DNA of 64,000 nucleotides, from NCBI RefSeq assembly GCF_004010195.1, contig NC_057711.1:73987511-74051510 (forward strand), given 5' to 3'. Shown here in pieces: positions 1 to 10,935 of this stretch. Position 1 is the first letter of the stretch. Each line of letters opens with the position of its first letter. The notes beneath the pieces are model-generated. The model did no database searches and had not been told where the DNA came from. It saw nothing but the letters and a program-made list of their open reading frames with translations. The position numbers and the translations under genes were made by a program. The stretch is from Chiloscyllium plagiosum (lineage: Eukaryota).

Positions 1-1279
1 CTAGAAGAGAATAATTTGATTAGGGATAGTCAGCATGGTTTTGTGAAGGGTAGGTCGTGCCTCACATACCTTATTGAGTTCTTTGAGAAGGTGTCCAAAC
101 AGGTAGATGAGAGTAAACCAGTTGGTGTGGTGTATATGGATTTCAGCAAGGCGTTCGGTAATGTTTCCCACAGTAAGCTATTGTACAAAATGTGGAGGAA
201 TGGGATTGTGGGAGATATAGCAGTTTGGATCAGTAATTGGCTTGCTGAAAGAAGACAGAGGGTGGTGGTTGATGGGAAATGTTCATCCTGGAGTCCAGTT
301 ACTAGTGGTGTACTGCAAGGGTCAGTTGTGTCCACTGCTGTTTGTCATTTTTATAAATGATCTGGATGAGGGCGTAGAAGGGTGGGTTAGTAAATTTGCA
401 GATGACACTAAGGTCGGTGGAGTCGTGGATAGTGAGGAAGGATGTTGTAGGTTACAGAGAAACATAGATAAGCTGCAGAGATGGGCTGAGAGGTGGCAAA
501 TGGAGTTTAATGCGGACAAGTGTGAGGTGATTCACGTTGGTCGGAGTAACCGCAATGCAAAGTACTGGGCTAATGGTAAGATTCTTGGTAGTGTAGATGA
601 GCAGAGAGCTCTCGGTGTCCATGTACACAGATCCTTGAAAGTTGCAACCCAGGTTGACAGGGTTGTTGAGAAGGCATACAGTGTTTTAGCTTTTATGAAA
701 AGAGGGATCAAGTTCCGGAACCATGAGGTTATGCTACAGCTGTACAAAACTCTGGTACAGCCGCACTTGGAGTATTGTGTACATTTCTGGTCACCACAAA
801 ATAAGAAGGATGTGGAAGCTTTGGAAAGGGTGCAGAGGGGATTTACTAGGATGTTGCCTGGTATGGAGGCAAGGTCTTACGAGGAAAGGCTGAGGGACTT
901 GAGGCTATTTTTGTTGGAGAGAAGAAGGTTGAGAGGTGACTTAATAGAGACATATAAGATAACCAGGGTGGACAGGGAGAGCCTTTTTCCAAGTATGGGG
1001 ACGGTGAGCACAAGGGGGCATAGCTTTAAATTGAGGGGTGGTAGATATAAGACAGACGTCAGAGGTAGTCTCTTTACTCAGAGAGAAGTAAGGGTATGGA
1101 ATGCTTTGCCTGCAACGGTAGTAGATTCGCCAACTTTAAGTGCATTTAAGTCGTCATTGGACAAGCATATGGACATACATGGAATAATGTAGGTTAGATG
1201 GGCTTCAGATTGGTATGACAGGTCGGCGCAACATCGAGGGCTGAAGGGCCTGTACTGCGCTGTTATGTTCTATGTTCTA
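1..1279 (+). mobile_element. CR1 LINE (HER1-like), 3' part of ORF2 reverse transcriptase plus 3' UTR; frameshifted
   Basis: ORFs 16..360 and 242..1192 carry CR1 RT motifs QHGFVKGRSC, YMDFSKAF, GVLQGS, KFADD, PHLEYC and RLRGDLI. There is a frameshift near 328. The element ends in a gggcctgtactgc...(TGTTCTA)n tail. Confidence 0.95.
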
Positions 1280-3130
1280 ACTCATAGGACAATATCCAGG
1301 AGAGTGAACACCCTAGAAAGCCCACCTACATATTTCTTGGAATAGGTAAATTGCTTAACAATATTCATACCAGAGCCAATCAAAATAAACTTCTGGTTAA
1401 ATGGTTTCCCACTTCTAATGGAGGTTGACACTGACATAGCTGTATCAGTGATTGCAGAACCAGTCTTTAACAAAACTTACCCTGGACTCCAACCCATAAG
1501 TTTGTGTAAGACTGTGGCCAGACTGAGAAACTGTATCAGAGAACCTTTACAAATTAAGGGTACAACTTTAGTTCCAGTCTCATTTCGGAAGCAGCTGGTT
1601 CAGTTACCACTAATTGTCGTAAAAAGCATGGGTCGAGAGTGTGGTGCTGGAAAAGGAGCAGGAAAATTGACGTGTTGGGCAAGAGCCCTTCATTCCTGAT
1701 GTAGAACTTACGTCTGAGATGCCAATTCTCCTGCTCCTTGGATGCTGCCTGACCTGCTGTGCTTTTCCAGCAACACACTCTCGACTCTGATCTCCAGCAG
1801 TCCTCACTTTCTCCTAGTAAAAGGCATGGGCCAAAGCCTGATGGGTGAAATTGGTTGATTCTCTTTGATTGGCTAAATATTTCTTCATTAGAAATGGCTA
1901 CCTGAGTGGAGTACTAATTAAATACCTGGAGGTTTTTCAGGAAGTCTAGGAAGTATCAAATGAACCAAGGCTACCTTGCATGTTGACCTGGGGTAGGGGT
2001 GTATCCTTCATGAAGCTAGACATGAGCCATGCATACATGCAATTGCAGTTATGTGAGGATTCCCAGAAGTATGCAGGACACATACAAAAAGATCCAGCCC
2101 CAGCAAAAATAAACCAACAAGTAGTGATGGGAGAAACAAAAGAGCCATCACAATTGAAATTGAAAGCTTCCCGGACCCGGCAAGACCAGATCACCATAGA
2201 GACAGCATTTTATTATGGGAAGCATTAATGATTGTCCCAAATAAAGGTCACTGCCAGATACTGGCCAAACTCCTCCAGGGGTGTCCAAAATGAAAATGTT
2301 GGCAAGAGGTTATGTCTGATAGCTCGGATTGAATGCAGACATAACCGCATTTGGGGGGCAGTGCCCAGAGTTCCAATAAGGACAAAACTTACTGCCAGCA
2401 GCTCCCCCACATTTGTGGGAATGACCAATTAAATTCTGGACCTGGTCACATGTTGACTGTGTCAGCCCTTTCATTGGCTCAATGCTCTTAGTCATTGTGA
2501 ACACTGACTCAAAGTGGTTGGATGTGCATTGAGTCCATTCAACCATAATGGGGATGATGAAAGAAGAGCTGCAAACATCTTTTGCAATATACAGGCTCCT
2601 GGAAGTGTTGGTCACAGACAATAAGCCATCACTTGCCACAGAGAATTTGAGTATTTCCTCTAGTCAAATGTCATTCAGCATAGAAGAGTAGCTCCATACT
2701 ATCCATCATCTGTTAGTCTGCCAGAAAGAGCAATCCAAACTTTAAAAGCAGCCTTAAACAAACAACTTACAGCTTCTCTAGATACCAAACTGTCCCCGTT
2801 CCCATTTGACTATTGGTTCATCCCTCATGCAACTACAAGGATAGCTCCTGCAGAGTTCCTAATAGGAAGAAGACTCCACACCAGGTTAAATCTGATCTTT
2901 CTGTACCTGGAGGATGAGGGTGAAATGACATTAAGAAAGCCAATGCCACATGCCAGACCCCACCAAGCAAGTTTCCATCAGAGGACAAAGTTTGGTGTGG
3001 GAACCACAAAAATGGCCCAGCATGGGTAAGAGGCTTGGTTGATGCAAGATCAGGGCCAGTGATGTATAAGGTTCGGGTAGGTGCGATGGTCCTTTTTCAT
3101 TGCAGGTTGCAGGTTACCATGTATACAAGA
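1280..3130 (+). mobile_element. Degenerate Ty3/Gypsy LTR-retrotransposon pol remnant (protease/RT/integrase fragments)
   Basis: Protease-like MEVDTDIAVSVI (1418), RT-like KLDMSHAYMQLQL (~2010), and integrase-like LVIVNTDSKW / VLVTDN / PYYPSS..L.ER (2485-2730); many stops and deletions. Confidence 0.8.
1633..1816. mobile_element. Fold-back PLE-terminus mini-insertion inside the Gypsy remnant
   Basis: An inverted arm is followed by a forward arm ending tcctcactttctcc. It is flanked by gtaaaaagcatggg (1619-1632) and gtaaaaggcatggg (1817-1830). Confidence 0.8.
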
Positions 3131-3407
3131 ACCAGCTCCCTGGTTAGTTCCTGAATGCTTACCACAGGACATAGATTTTGACTTTGGCAAGAGCTGATTT
3201 AGTGCCATGACAAGGAAAAAACTTGATCTAAACGATTCAGAGATACACTTCTGGGAAAGTTGGGAATAACCTTGGGAAATAAATACATTCATGGATGTTG
3301 CAGAAAAAAAAAGTTGAAAATGTGGTAGTGGTTTGCAAAGATGTTGGAGACAAGGGTTATATTTGAAATGTGATAACATCAGTTTTAAAAGAGAGAAGAT
3401 CAACACC

Positions 3408-3580
3408 TGAAGAGAAAATGAGGACTGCAGATGCTGGAGATTAGAGTCGAGAGTGTGGAGCTGGAAAAGCTCAGCAGGTTAGGCAGTATCCGAGGAGCAG
3501 GAGAATCGACGTTTCAGGCAGAAGCCCTTCATCAGGAATGAGACTTGTGGGCCAAGGGGGTGGAGAGATAAATGGGAGTA
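3408..3580 (-). mobile_element. PLE pseudo-LTR fragment with hammerhead core
   Basis: Same repeat as the 3' end of the PLE at 23084. The minus strand reads CTGATGA-agggc-ttct-gcct-GAAA-cgtc at 3503-3539. Confidence 0.75.
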
Positions 3581-5261
3581 GGAGAAAAGTATTAGCCAAG
3601 CGGGGAAGCTGCGTGGTTAGCAGTTTTGTAAACATCGACATGAGGAAATAGGAGATGGATCTCATGCATATTATGATCTCGGAGAGAGCACTGGGGGAGA
3701 GAAGAGAAACAGCAGATAAAGATGAGAGTTCGGGATTATGGTGGCAGGAATGTAAAAGGAAGATCAGCTCAGTGGGCTAGGAGACGTAAGGCAGCTGGTT
3801 CGATTGTCTTAATCTTTGTGAAAAGAAAACATCCGAGGTCCTCAATTATTCTTGAAATTGAGAGTGCAGCACACAGAGGAGGAAATTTAAGAAGAGGTTT
3901 TCAAGAGAGAAAAGATTAATTTTGCAATCCAGGATGCTCTTGAAATACTGACCAGTTTAAACAGATGATATCAGAACCAAGGAATCCTGTTTACATGGTA
4001 GTGAATGACTAAATTCAATTCTGACATATCCAGCTGGATTTAAGGGAGCAGAAATGACAACCATACCATGAATATGGCCAAGGTGGTGTTGCCTGGTTGC
4101 CTCCCTTGACTATAGCTATTGACTCGGCATAAAGAGGATAAGAGTCAAATCTAGATCAAATAACCATTACCTTAATTAGTTTAGTTAAAGTAGACATACA
4201 ATTCACACCATTTGGTTAGAAAAAAGTTAACGGCAAGCATGCAATTCATCACTACATCACTACAAGCTTGCTGTTCCTAGAACAGTCAACAAAACAAAAG
4301 TGAATATCTGAGAATAGAAGATTATGCTGGTCAGGCATTTCTTCCCGTGTGGGTAGTGGTACACCCAAGTATGGGGTTGCATGAAGGTTGCTGTTTGGAG
4401 TTTTCACTAGTGGCACACTGAAATCCTTCATTTTTATCCTTTTACCTTAACTTCCCAAACTGTGGTATCTTGTTCTTGGTAGCTCTTCTTGTCAGCTCAC
4501 CCAAGCACTGGCACCTTTCCACTATATGCTCACTCGAAGGACAACTTTTAGAATTACCTCATTGCTCTTCCACTAAATAAGGACTTCCCCCTTACGTCAT
4601 CACTCGGAACTGAACCAGCTCAAGCCAGCCCGAGCCAGCAACTAGGGCTCAAGTAACTTCAGTTCACAGCTACTGTCTTTATGTGTGAGCAACCCCTGGC
4701 CAACAGTGAAATACTTTTTTTTATTGAGGCCAGGGCAACAACAATGGAATTAAAAGGAACAATTGAGCAAATCAGTACCTGCTGAATTTTTCTGGTGAAG
4801 GGAGGGTCAGGTCGGGACTTTGAAACAGTACTTGGAATGAAGCAGAGGACCAAAACTTGTTAAATATATTAAAAGATCAGCCAGTGATACAGACAAGAAC
4901 TAACATCACAAAAGAAAAGACAGAATGTGCCAGCAGCAAATGTAGTGAGATACTTACACAAGGAAAAGGAAAAGGCAGAAAGCCTTCAAATCAAGTCTAA
5001 AATTAGAACTGCATGTTATTTTGATGAGGTATTCATTTTGCTGAGTTTCAGAGAGGATTTCATTCCATTAAGCTGAGCAAGGTATCGAGCCACATCTTAT
5101 CAAACTCACTTCATTAATTATCTATACCATCCTGATGGCACTCCTTTTATATGATTCTAACTCCATTTGCCATTCCTTGCAAACTTGTCAACTTATAAAT
5201 CACTGGATATTCCCAAAAGACAACAATGCCATACTTAAAGGATGTTGAGCACCCAGATGAG

Positions 5262-6040
5262 CACTGTTGACAGTGGCAGATGGAGTTTAATTTAGATAAA
5301 TGTGAGGTACTATATTTTGGAAAGGCAAATCAGGGCAGGACTAATACACTTAATGGTAAGGTCCTGGAGAGAGTTGCTGAACAAAGAGACCTTGCAGTGC
5401 AGGTTCATAGTTCCTTGAAAGTGGATCCGCAGGTGGACAGGGTAGTGAAGAAGGCGTTTGGCATGCTTTCATTTATTGGTCATTGCATTGAGTATAGGCA
5501 TTGGGAGTCATGCTGTGGCTTAACAGAACAGTGGTTAGGCCACTTTTGGAATACTGTGTTCAATTCTGGTCTCCCTGCTATAGGAAACATGTTGTTGAAC
5601 TTGAAAGGGTTCAGAAAAAAATTACAAGAATGTTGACAGGGTTAGAGGAGTGAACTATAGGGAGAGGTTGAATAGGCTGGGCTATTTTCCCTCGGAGACT
5701 GAGGGGTGACCTTAGAGAGGTTTATAAAATAATGAGGGGCATGGATAGGGTGACTAGTCAAGGTCTTTTCCCCAGGGTGGGGAAGTCCAAAACTGGAGGG
5801 TCAACCATTTTTATGCAGAGGGTGGTGCGTCTATGGAATGAGCTGCTAGATGAAGTGATGGAGGCTGGTACAATTACATAATTTAAAAGGCATTTAGATA
5901 GGTATATGAATCGGAAGGTTTTACAGTGAGAAAAGCCAAATGCTGAAAAATGGGACTAGATTAATTTAGGATACCTGGTTGGCATGGATGAATTGGACCA
6001 AAGGATCTGTTTCTCCATTGTTCATCTCCAAGACTCTATC
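5262..6040 (+). mobile_element. 5'-truncated CR1 LINE 3' fragment
   Basis: MEFNLDKCEVLYFGK...EQRDL.VQVH motif and a CR1 3' UTR ending in gactctat. Confidence 0.92.
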
Positions 6041-6059
6041 TTGGCGATGTGCAATCATT

Positions 6060-6295
6060 CTAAGAGATGAAAGGACACTGTGATTCCTCAGTGAGCATCT
6101 GGAGGTCTTGATAAACACAACGGTCCAGAGGTAGACCATTCTCTTTCTGGAGGGCCAACACAGGTGGTCACACCATCTGAACCTAGCAGCCTGGTCCACA
6201 ATCACCACCCAGGTCAGCTGTGTTTCTACAGTCTGGAGGAATGACCAGCAATGTAGGAAGAAGGTCAATGTCTTCCTCCATTTTGCCATGGTAAA
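6060..6295 (+). mobile_element. Myb/SANT-like DNA-binding domain remnant, probably from a PIF/Harbinger transposon
   Basis: Translation from 6192: WSTITTQVSCVSTVWRNDQQCRKKVNVFL. This fits the W..IA..VS....R...QCRKK.ND pattern of Harbinger Myb-like proteins. Confidence 0.55.
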
Positions 6296-6617
6296 TGCAA
6301 TACATGTCTCTTGCTAACCCACATTATCTACTCTCAATCTATCTTGGACACTATGCCCATCTCTCAGCAAGAGTCATGCACTGTCACTCTCACAACTGCA
6401 AGCAGCATCTTCCCTCACTCACTCTCATTACCTCCTGATGCTATACGATGAGGACATTAATTAATCCTCTTTCATTACACATTACCAGATATACAACAGC
6501 GCTGCTTAGTTCCAGAATATTTACCTTGGATGTGTTGCTCTGCCCTGCCTATTCACTCACTCGTCAGGGACAACTCATCACCTTTCAATCACCTGTACCA
6601 GCACTAACAATGGTGCA

Positions 6618-6839
6618 GAGTTGAGAGTGTGTTGCTGGGAAAGCACAGCAAGTCAGACAGCGTCTGTGGAGCAGGAGAATTGATGTTTCGGGCATAAGCC
6701 CTTCATCAGGAATGAGGCTTGTGGGCCAGGGGGCTGAGAGATAAATGGGAGGGGGTTGGGGTTGGGGCAAGGTAGCTGAGAAAGCAATAGGTGGATGAAG
6801 GTGAGGGAGAAGGTGATCATCTGCAGTCCTCACTTTCCC
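6618..6839. mobile_element. PLE-terminus mini-insertion with inverted pseudo-LTR and decayed hammerhead core
   Basis: A minus-oriented pLTR is followed by a forward terminus catctgcagtcctcactttccc. The imperfect TSD is ctaacaatggtgca (6604-6617) / ctagcaatggggca (6840-6853). Confidence 0.75.
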
Positions 6840-8454
6840 CTAGCAATGGGGCAACTTACTTTCTCCTCACCCAATCCCATTTTTTCTCTCTCATTGCAAG
6901 AGGGAATGTAACTCCTAACAGGACAGAAAACACCAGGACAGGTGCTTGACATTAGGCTCCTCACCCCATACAGGAGAAGACTTGGGTATGCTCCTGCAGA
7001 AATGCCGAGACAACCATGTCCCGCCATCCAAATAAGCATCACTCTTTACTTCACGGCACCTCTCAATTAACTCTGCTATCAGTGTCATTCATCACACAGC
7101 ATTTTAAACCATTGTCCCTGACGCCATTTCTATTATGTTCTACGGTAACAGGTGGATAGCGGTAGCCTTGTTAGAGAAATGGGTTGGTCTGCCAGAAGGG
7201 AATTCCTCAATCACTAAGAAAAAAGTAGGAAAGTTTGGGAGTATGAGCTGGTTAGCACATCATGGTGATGTCTTCATAGCTGGCTGTGGGAGTAATGTCC
7301 CAGATCTCTGGCACTCGGACGACTCCTGGAGACCTGGCATGTATTCATGCCCAGGCAAGAGACAACCCTATGGTGGCGGTCATCAGAGACTTGATCCACA
7401 AGCACAGGGAGGGAAGGAGCAGCAGACAGGTTTTTGGGACAAATCAGGAGCTATAGTGATGCAGCAAATCATGCCATTGTCTGGCTGTATCCATGCATAG
7501 ATTGGAGGCTGCTGTGGAGAACCAGGTCCATCAACCTCATGGTCTCCTGCAGATGTACACTCCATCGCCCCAGCCACTGATTGTCTGGACCAAAGACATG
7601 GCAACAGTGGCACGGAGAACCTGGCATGATCACTGCCAGTGCGCCTTCCTCTCAAGGAGACAGGTCAGTTCCAGGAGGTACCCAGCCAGGAGAATCCCCT
7701 CAAGGGACCTTTTTCTGGACACTCTAAACATGGCTGGATCCTCCACCATTCCTACCCCCTCCGACCCTTGCATGTTCACACTGAGAAGTGTCTACTTGCA
7801 GGAAGATCCTCAGAATGTCTGGGCCATCCAGACACGAATGTGCCCAGGGTTTACTGACCAAGCCAATGGGCTCTGCTGCCAATCAGGCTCTGTCCACTAC
7901 AAATGCGGAACCAGGGGGTACACTGAGTTAGAGAGGGAGGGGGAGGAAGAAGAAAACCTATTGAGGATACTTTGGTGACCCAGGTTACAATGCACTTCAC
8001 ATTATCTGATATATTTTTATAACTCTCACACCATTTTAATCTTGTATCTGGGTATTTGTCTCTCTGTGCATCCCCAAATGTAATTGTTCTAAAACGATAT
8101 GAACCGTTATGGCCGAATAGGATACAACATCGATCGATGTCTGACTTAGGAATCTGCTGCATTAGCTGGAAGCAACAGGAACAGGGCAATGTGTCCTGCT
8201 AACCCCATTAGAGCTCATCCTGCAGCGTCCCTATTATTTCTCTGGCCCATGTATCCAAAAGTGTTGATGTGAATGAGTTGGTCGGTGAAGTCTGGAGCAG
8301 AGAGGTGCACAGCAAACTGAGGGGCATTGCATTATGGTGGCCAGCGATTAGGGACTCCACACATTCTCATACTAATATGCCTCACGGCCTGCTTCCTCAC
8401 CAGTTGAGTCACTAATCCTGCCACTCCTAGTGTAGTCGTAGCCATTTTCATTCC

Positions 8455-8972
8455 TGTTATGGACTAGACCAAGCCACCTCAAAATTTATTAAGAGGAAAG
8501 TCCAGACCTTAAATGTTTCTTATTTTAGAAGTAAGTGTAATGCATTGTGTCCCCAGTTGCAATTCAATTGGTCAAAATACTAGATGTTAAGTAAAACACG
8601 CTTTATTTTATATTACAGTTAAAATACAGACAAAATAGAAATGAAACAAAAGAATTGGCTTATCTGTATCTCTACCAAAATGCCTAACAAAATAACATCT
8701 ATATATATAACTACTCTTAATTAACTATTCCAATATAGTACTCCCATAAATACATCCCTGGCAAAAGCAAATTCAGTAAACCAGATTGTCTCACACACAA
8801 TTCGAGCAGCAGTCTAGTTCTCTTGGAGTTTCATCCCATTCATTCAGGCTGCTTCTGTTGTACCAACTTTTTTAAAAAAAAGGCCTCACAAGCTGTTTAC
8901 TATTTGGCTTTGAACAGATTCTTCATTAAGAAAATGACAAAGTACACGTCTTAAAGCCATAGTATTGTTACA
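8455..8972 (-). mobile_element. Solo LTR
   Basis: TGTTAT...TGTTACA termini with 4-bp TSD TTCC on both sides (8451-8454, 8973-8976). AATAAA lies on the minus strand (~8600). The left end is homologous to the reverse complement of the 30582 LTR end. Confidence 0.8.
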
Positions 8973-10679
8973 TTCCCCATTGTGTATTTCTGAATTCCAG
9001 CATAATCAAATATAATTGCAATTACTCTTGGTCTTGTAGCTTTCAACCTCTGCTCTATGTGTTGGTGAGAACCCCAACATCCAGATCCCCTTCCTAGTTG
9101 CCCTTCCCTTAGGATTTGACACCTCCTCAGGTCCCCACCCAACCTGTCTGCATTAGCCATCACCTGCCCAACTTTTGCCCACAACCCTGGTATATGAAGT
9201 TACCATGCCAGGTCTGGTCACTATTATGCCTCACTGGGGTAGCATGTTAGAAAAAGCCACACTACTCCGAGAGTCATGGCAAAAGTTGAAGATTTTAAAA
9301 TGTATGCAGAATTTCCCAATTTATCTGACTTTCAGGCCAAGCTTGACAGGGAAATTGGATGCACTGCATCATGCTGACACAATTTCTTTCAAGGCTACAC
9401 AGAGAGATAAGCAAACAGGTTAATGTATGTAGCTAGAATTACTATTTATTTCAACTGAATAGATTCTAACTACAGATAAATAATTATGGACCATTGGCAT
9501 GTAACTCTACTAATTGAAACTCTAACCCCTGTATAAACTGCCCTTTGTGCATACATACAGATTAAAAAAAAATTGGTGTTAAAGATGATGGGGAAGACTG
9601 GGAAAGCAGTTCAGTAGTTCCTGATCACAGGATCTACTGAGATAATTCACGGATTTGTAGTAAGCACAAGGTGGCTGGTTCATACACATAAAAGACCTCT
9701 TGATTAAAAGTCATAGCTTACAGCAACTGCTGAAGATAAAATAATATGTTTTTCTTCAGGCTTAAAGTGGCTTTTACTGCAGAGAGAGCTTCTGAGCTGG
9801 TCAAGATCAGGTGGCTTCTCTCAAACTTGTTCATAGTCCTAAGCTAGAAGGTTTTTGTCTTCGAAATTTGCCACGATCCACAGACCAATCAGCTACTTGT
9901 TGCTGGCTGAATCTTCATTTGTACACATCCTTGGCTCCAGCTCATCTGTGCCTACTACTTTTATTGCTTCAACCAACCCTTTGGTACTCGTGTGAGAGCT
10001 ACATTGTTCTGTATAGAAAGATATCATCCCATTGACTAAGAACTGATGACCAGCTGTGTGACTGCAAGGCAAAGTGTAGATAGTGTGAACAGGCAGGTGT
10101 GGAAGAAATTAATAAGATCTAAGAGGGCTAGTGGGAATCCCTGAGAGACAGCCTGTCAATTAGTGAGCTAGATGCCTGTTCTTGCATGCATTATGTCCTT
10201 GCAATGGCCTTTCATCACTAGTTGTTGGTGCTGCCTGTAATGCAAATCTGTGTTTCCTGAGTGACCTGCAAGTCAATCAGAGAAATGTATGAGGGGTGGC
10301 TGCCATTGGTTCCTGTGGTGCGTGACCTGAGATGGTTCTTGGTTATAAGCAACATGGAGGTCCTTCAGTGTAGGTAGCAGGCTGAAGCTGCCAGGTAACT
10401 GACTTACATGTTGAGATTTCTCAACATCAAGCTTGTTTGAGGTGTTTGGTAAGATTAGAAGCTGAACGCTAATAAGTCAAGTTGGGCCATTAACAAGGTG
10501 TTTAACAATTAGTTTTAGCCCTTAACTGGCAATGTTCCACTGCCTCGCAAAACAATCCAACACCACTTGATGAAAGTATAAAAAATGGAGCAAGATACTC
10601 CTAATATCAAGATAAGGCTTATTGGAGGTCTTGTCTGATTCTGTCACAAATCTTGCCAGAGCCCAGACCACTCAGACCC

Positions 10680-10935
10680 CTATAAGATTCCACGCTCTGT
10701 CTTACATTAGTTAGCCAATTCTCTACCTGTTCTAATATGTGCACCCAACACCATATGCCTGCATGATGTAGCCTTATGTGTGGTTCTATATCAAATGCTT
10801 TTTGTAAATCCAAGTATAATACATCTGATTTCCCTTTATCAGAAAGTATCATAGATTCAAAGTGGATGATTTCACAATTTATCATACTGAACTCCACTTG
10901 CCACTGTTTTGCCATCTCATTTAAACTGACTCTTT
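10680..10935 (-). mobile_element. Degraded CR1 RT fragments
   Basis: ORF 10619..10942 contains WQVEF..CEIIHF, DVLYLDLQKAFD and VENWL. Confidence 0.7.

Noticed and set aside
242..1192. 316-aa RT ORF as a functional gene
   Set aside because: Frameshifted CR1 fragment with a non-ATG start; not a host gene.
7493..7978. 161-aa ORF and overlapping ORFs
   Set aside because: No recognisable domain, located in probable transposon-derived sequence, and no supported gene structure.
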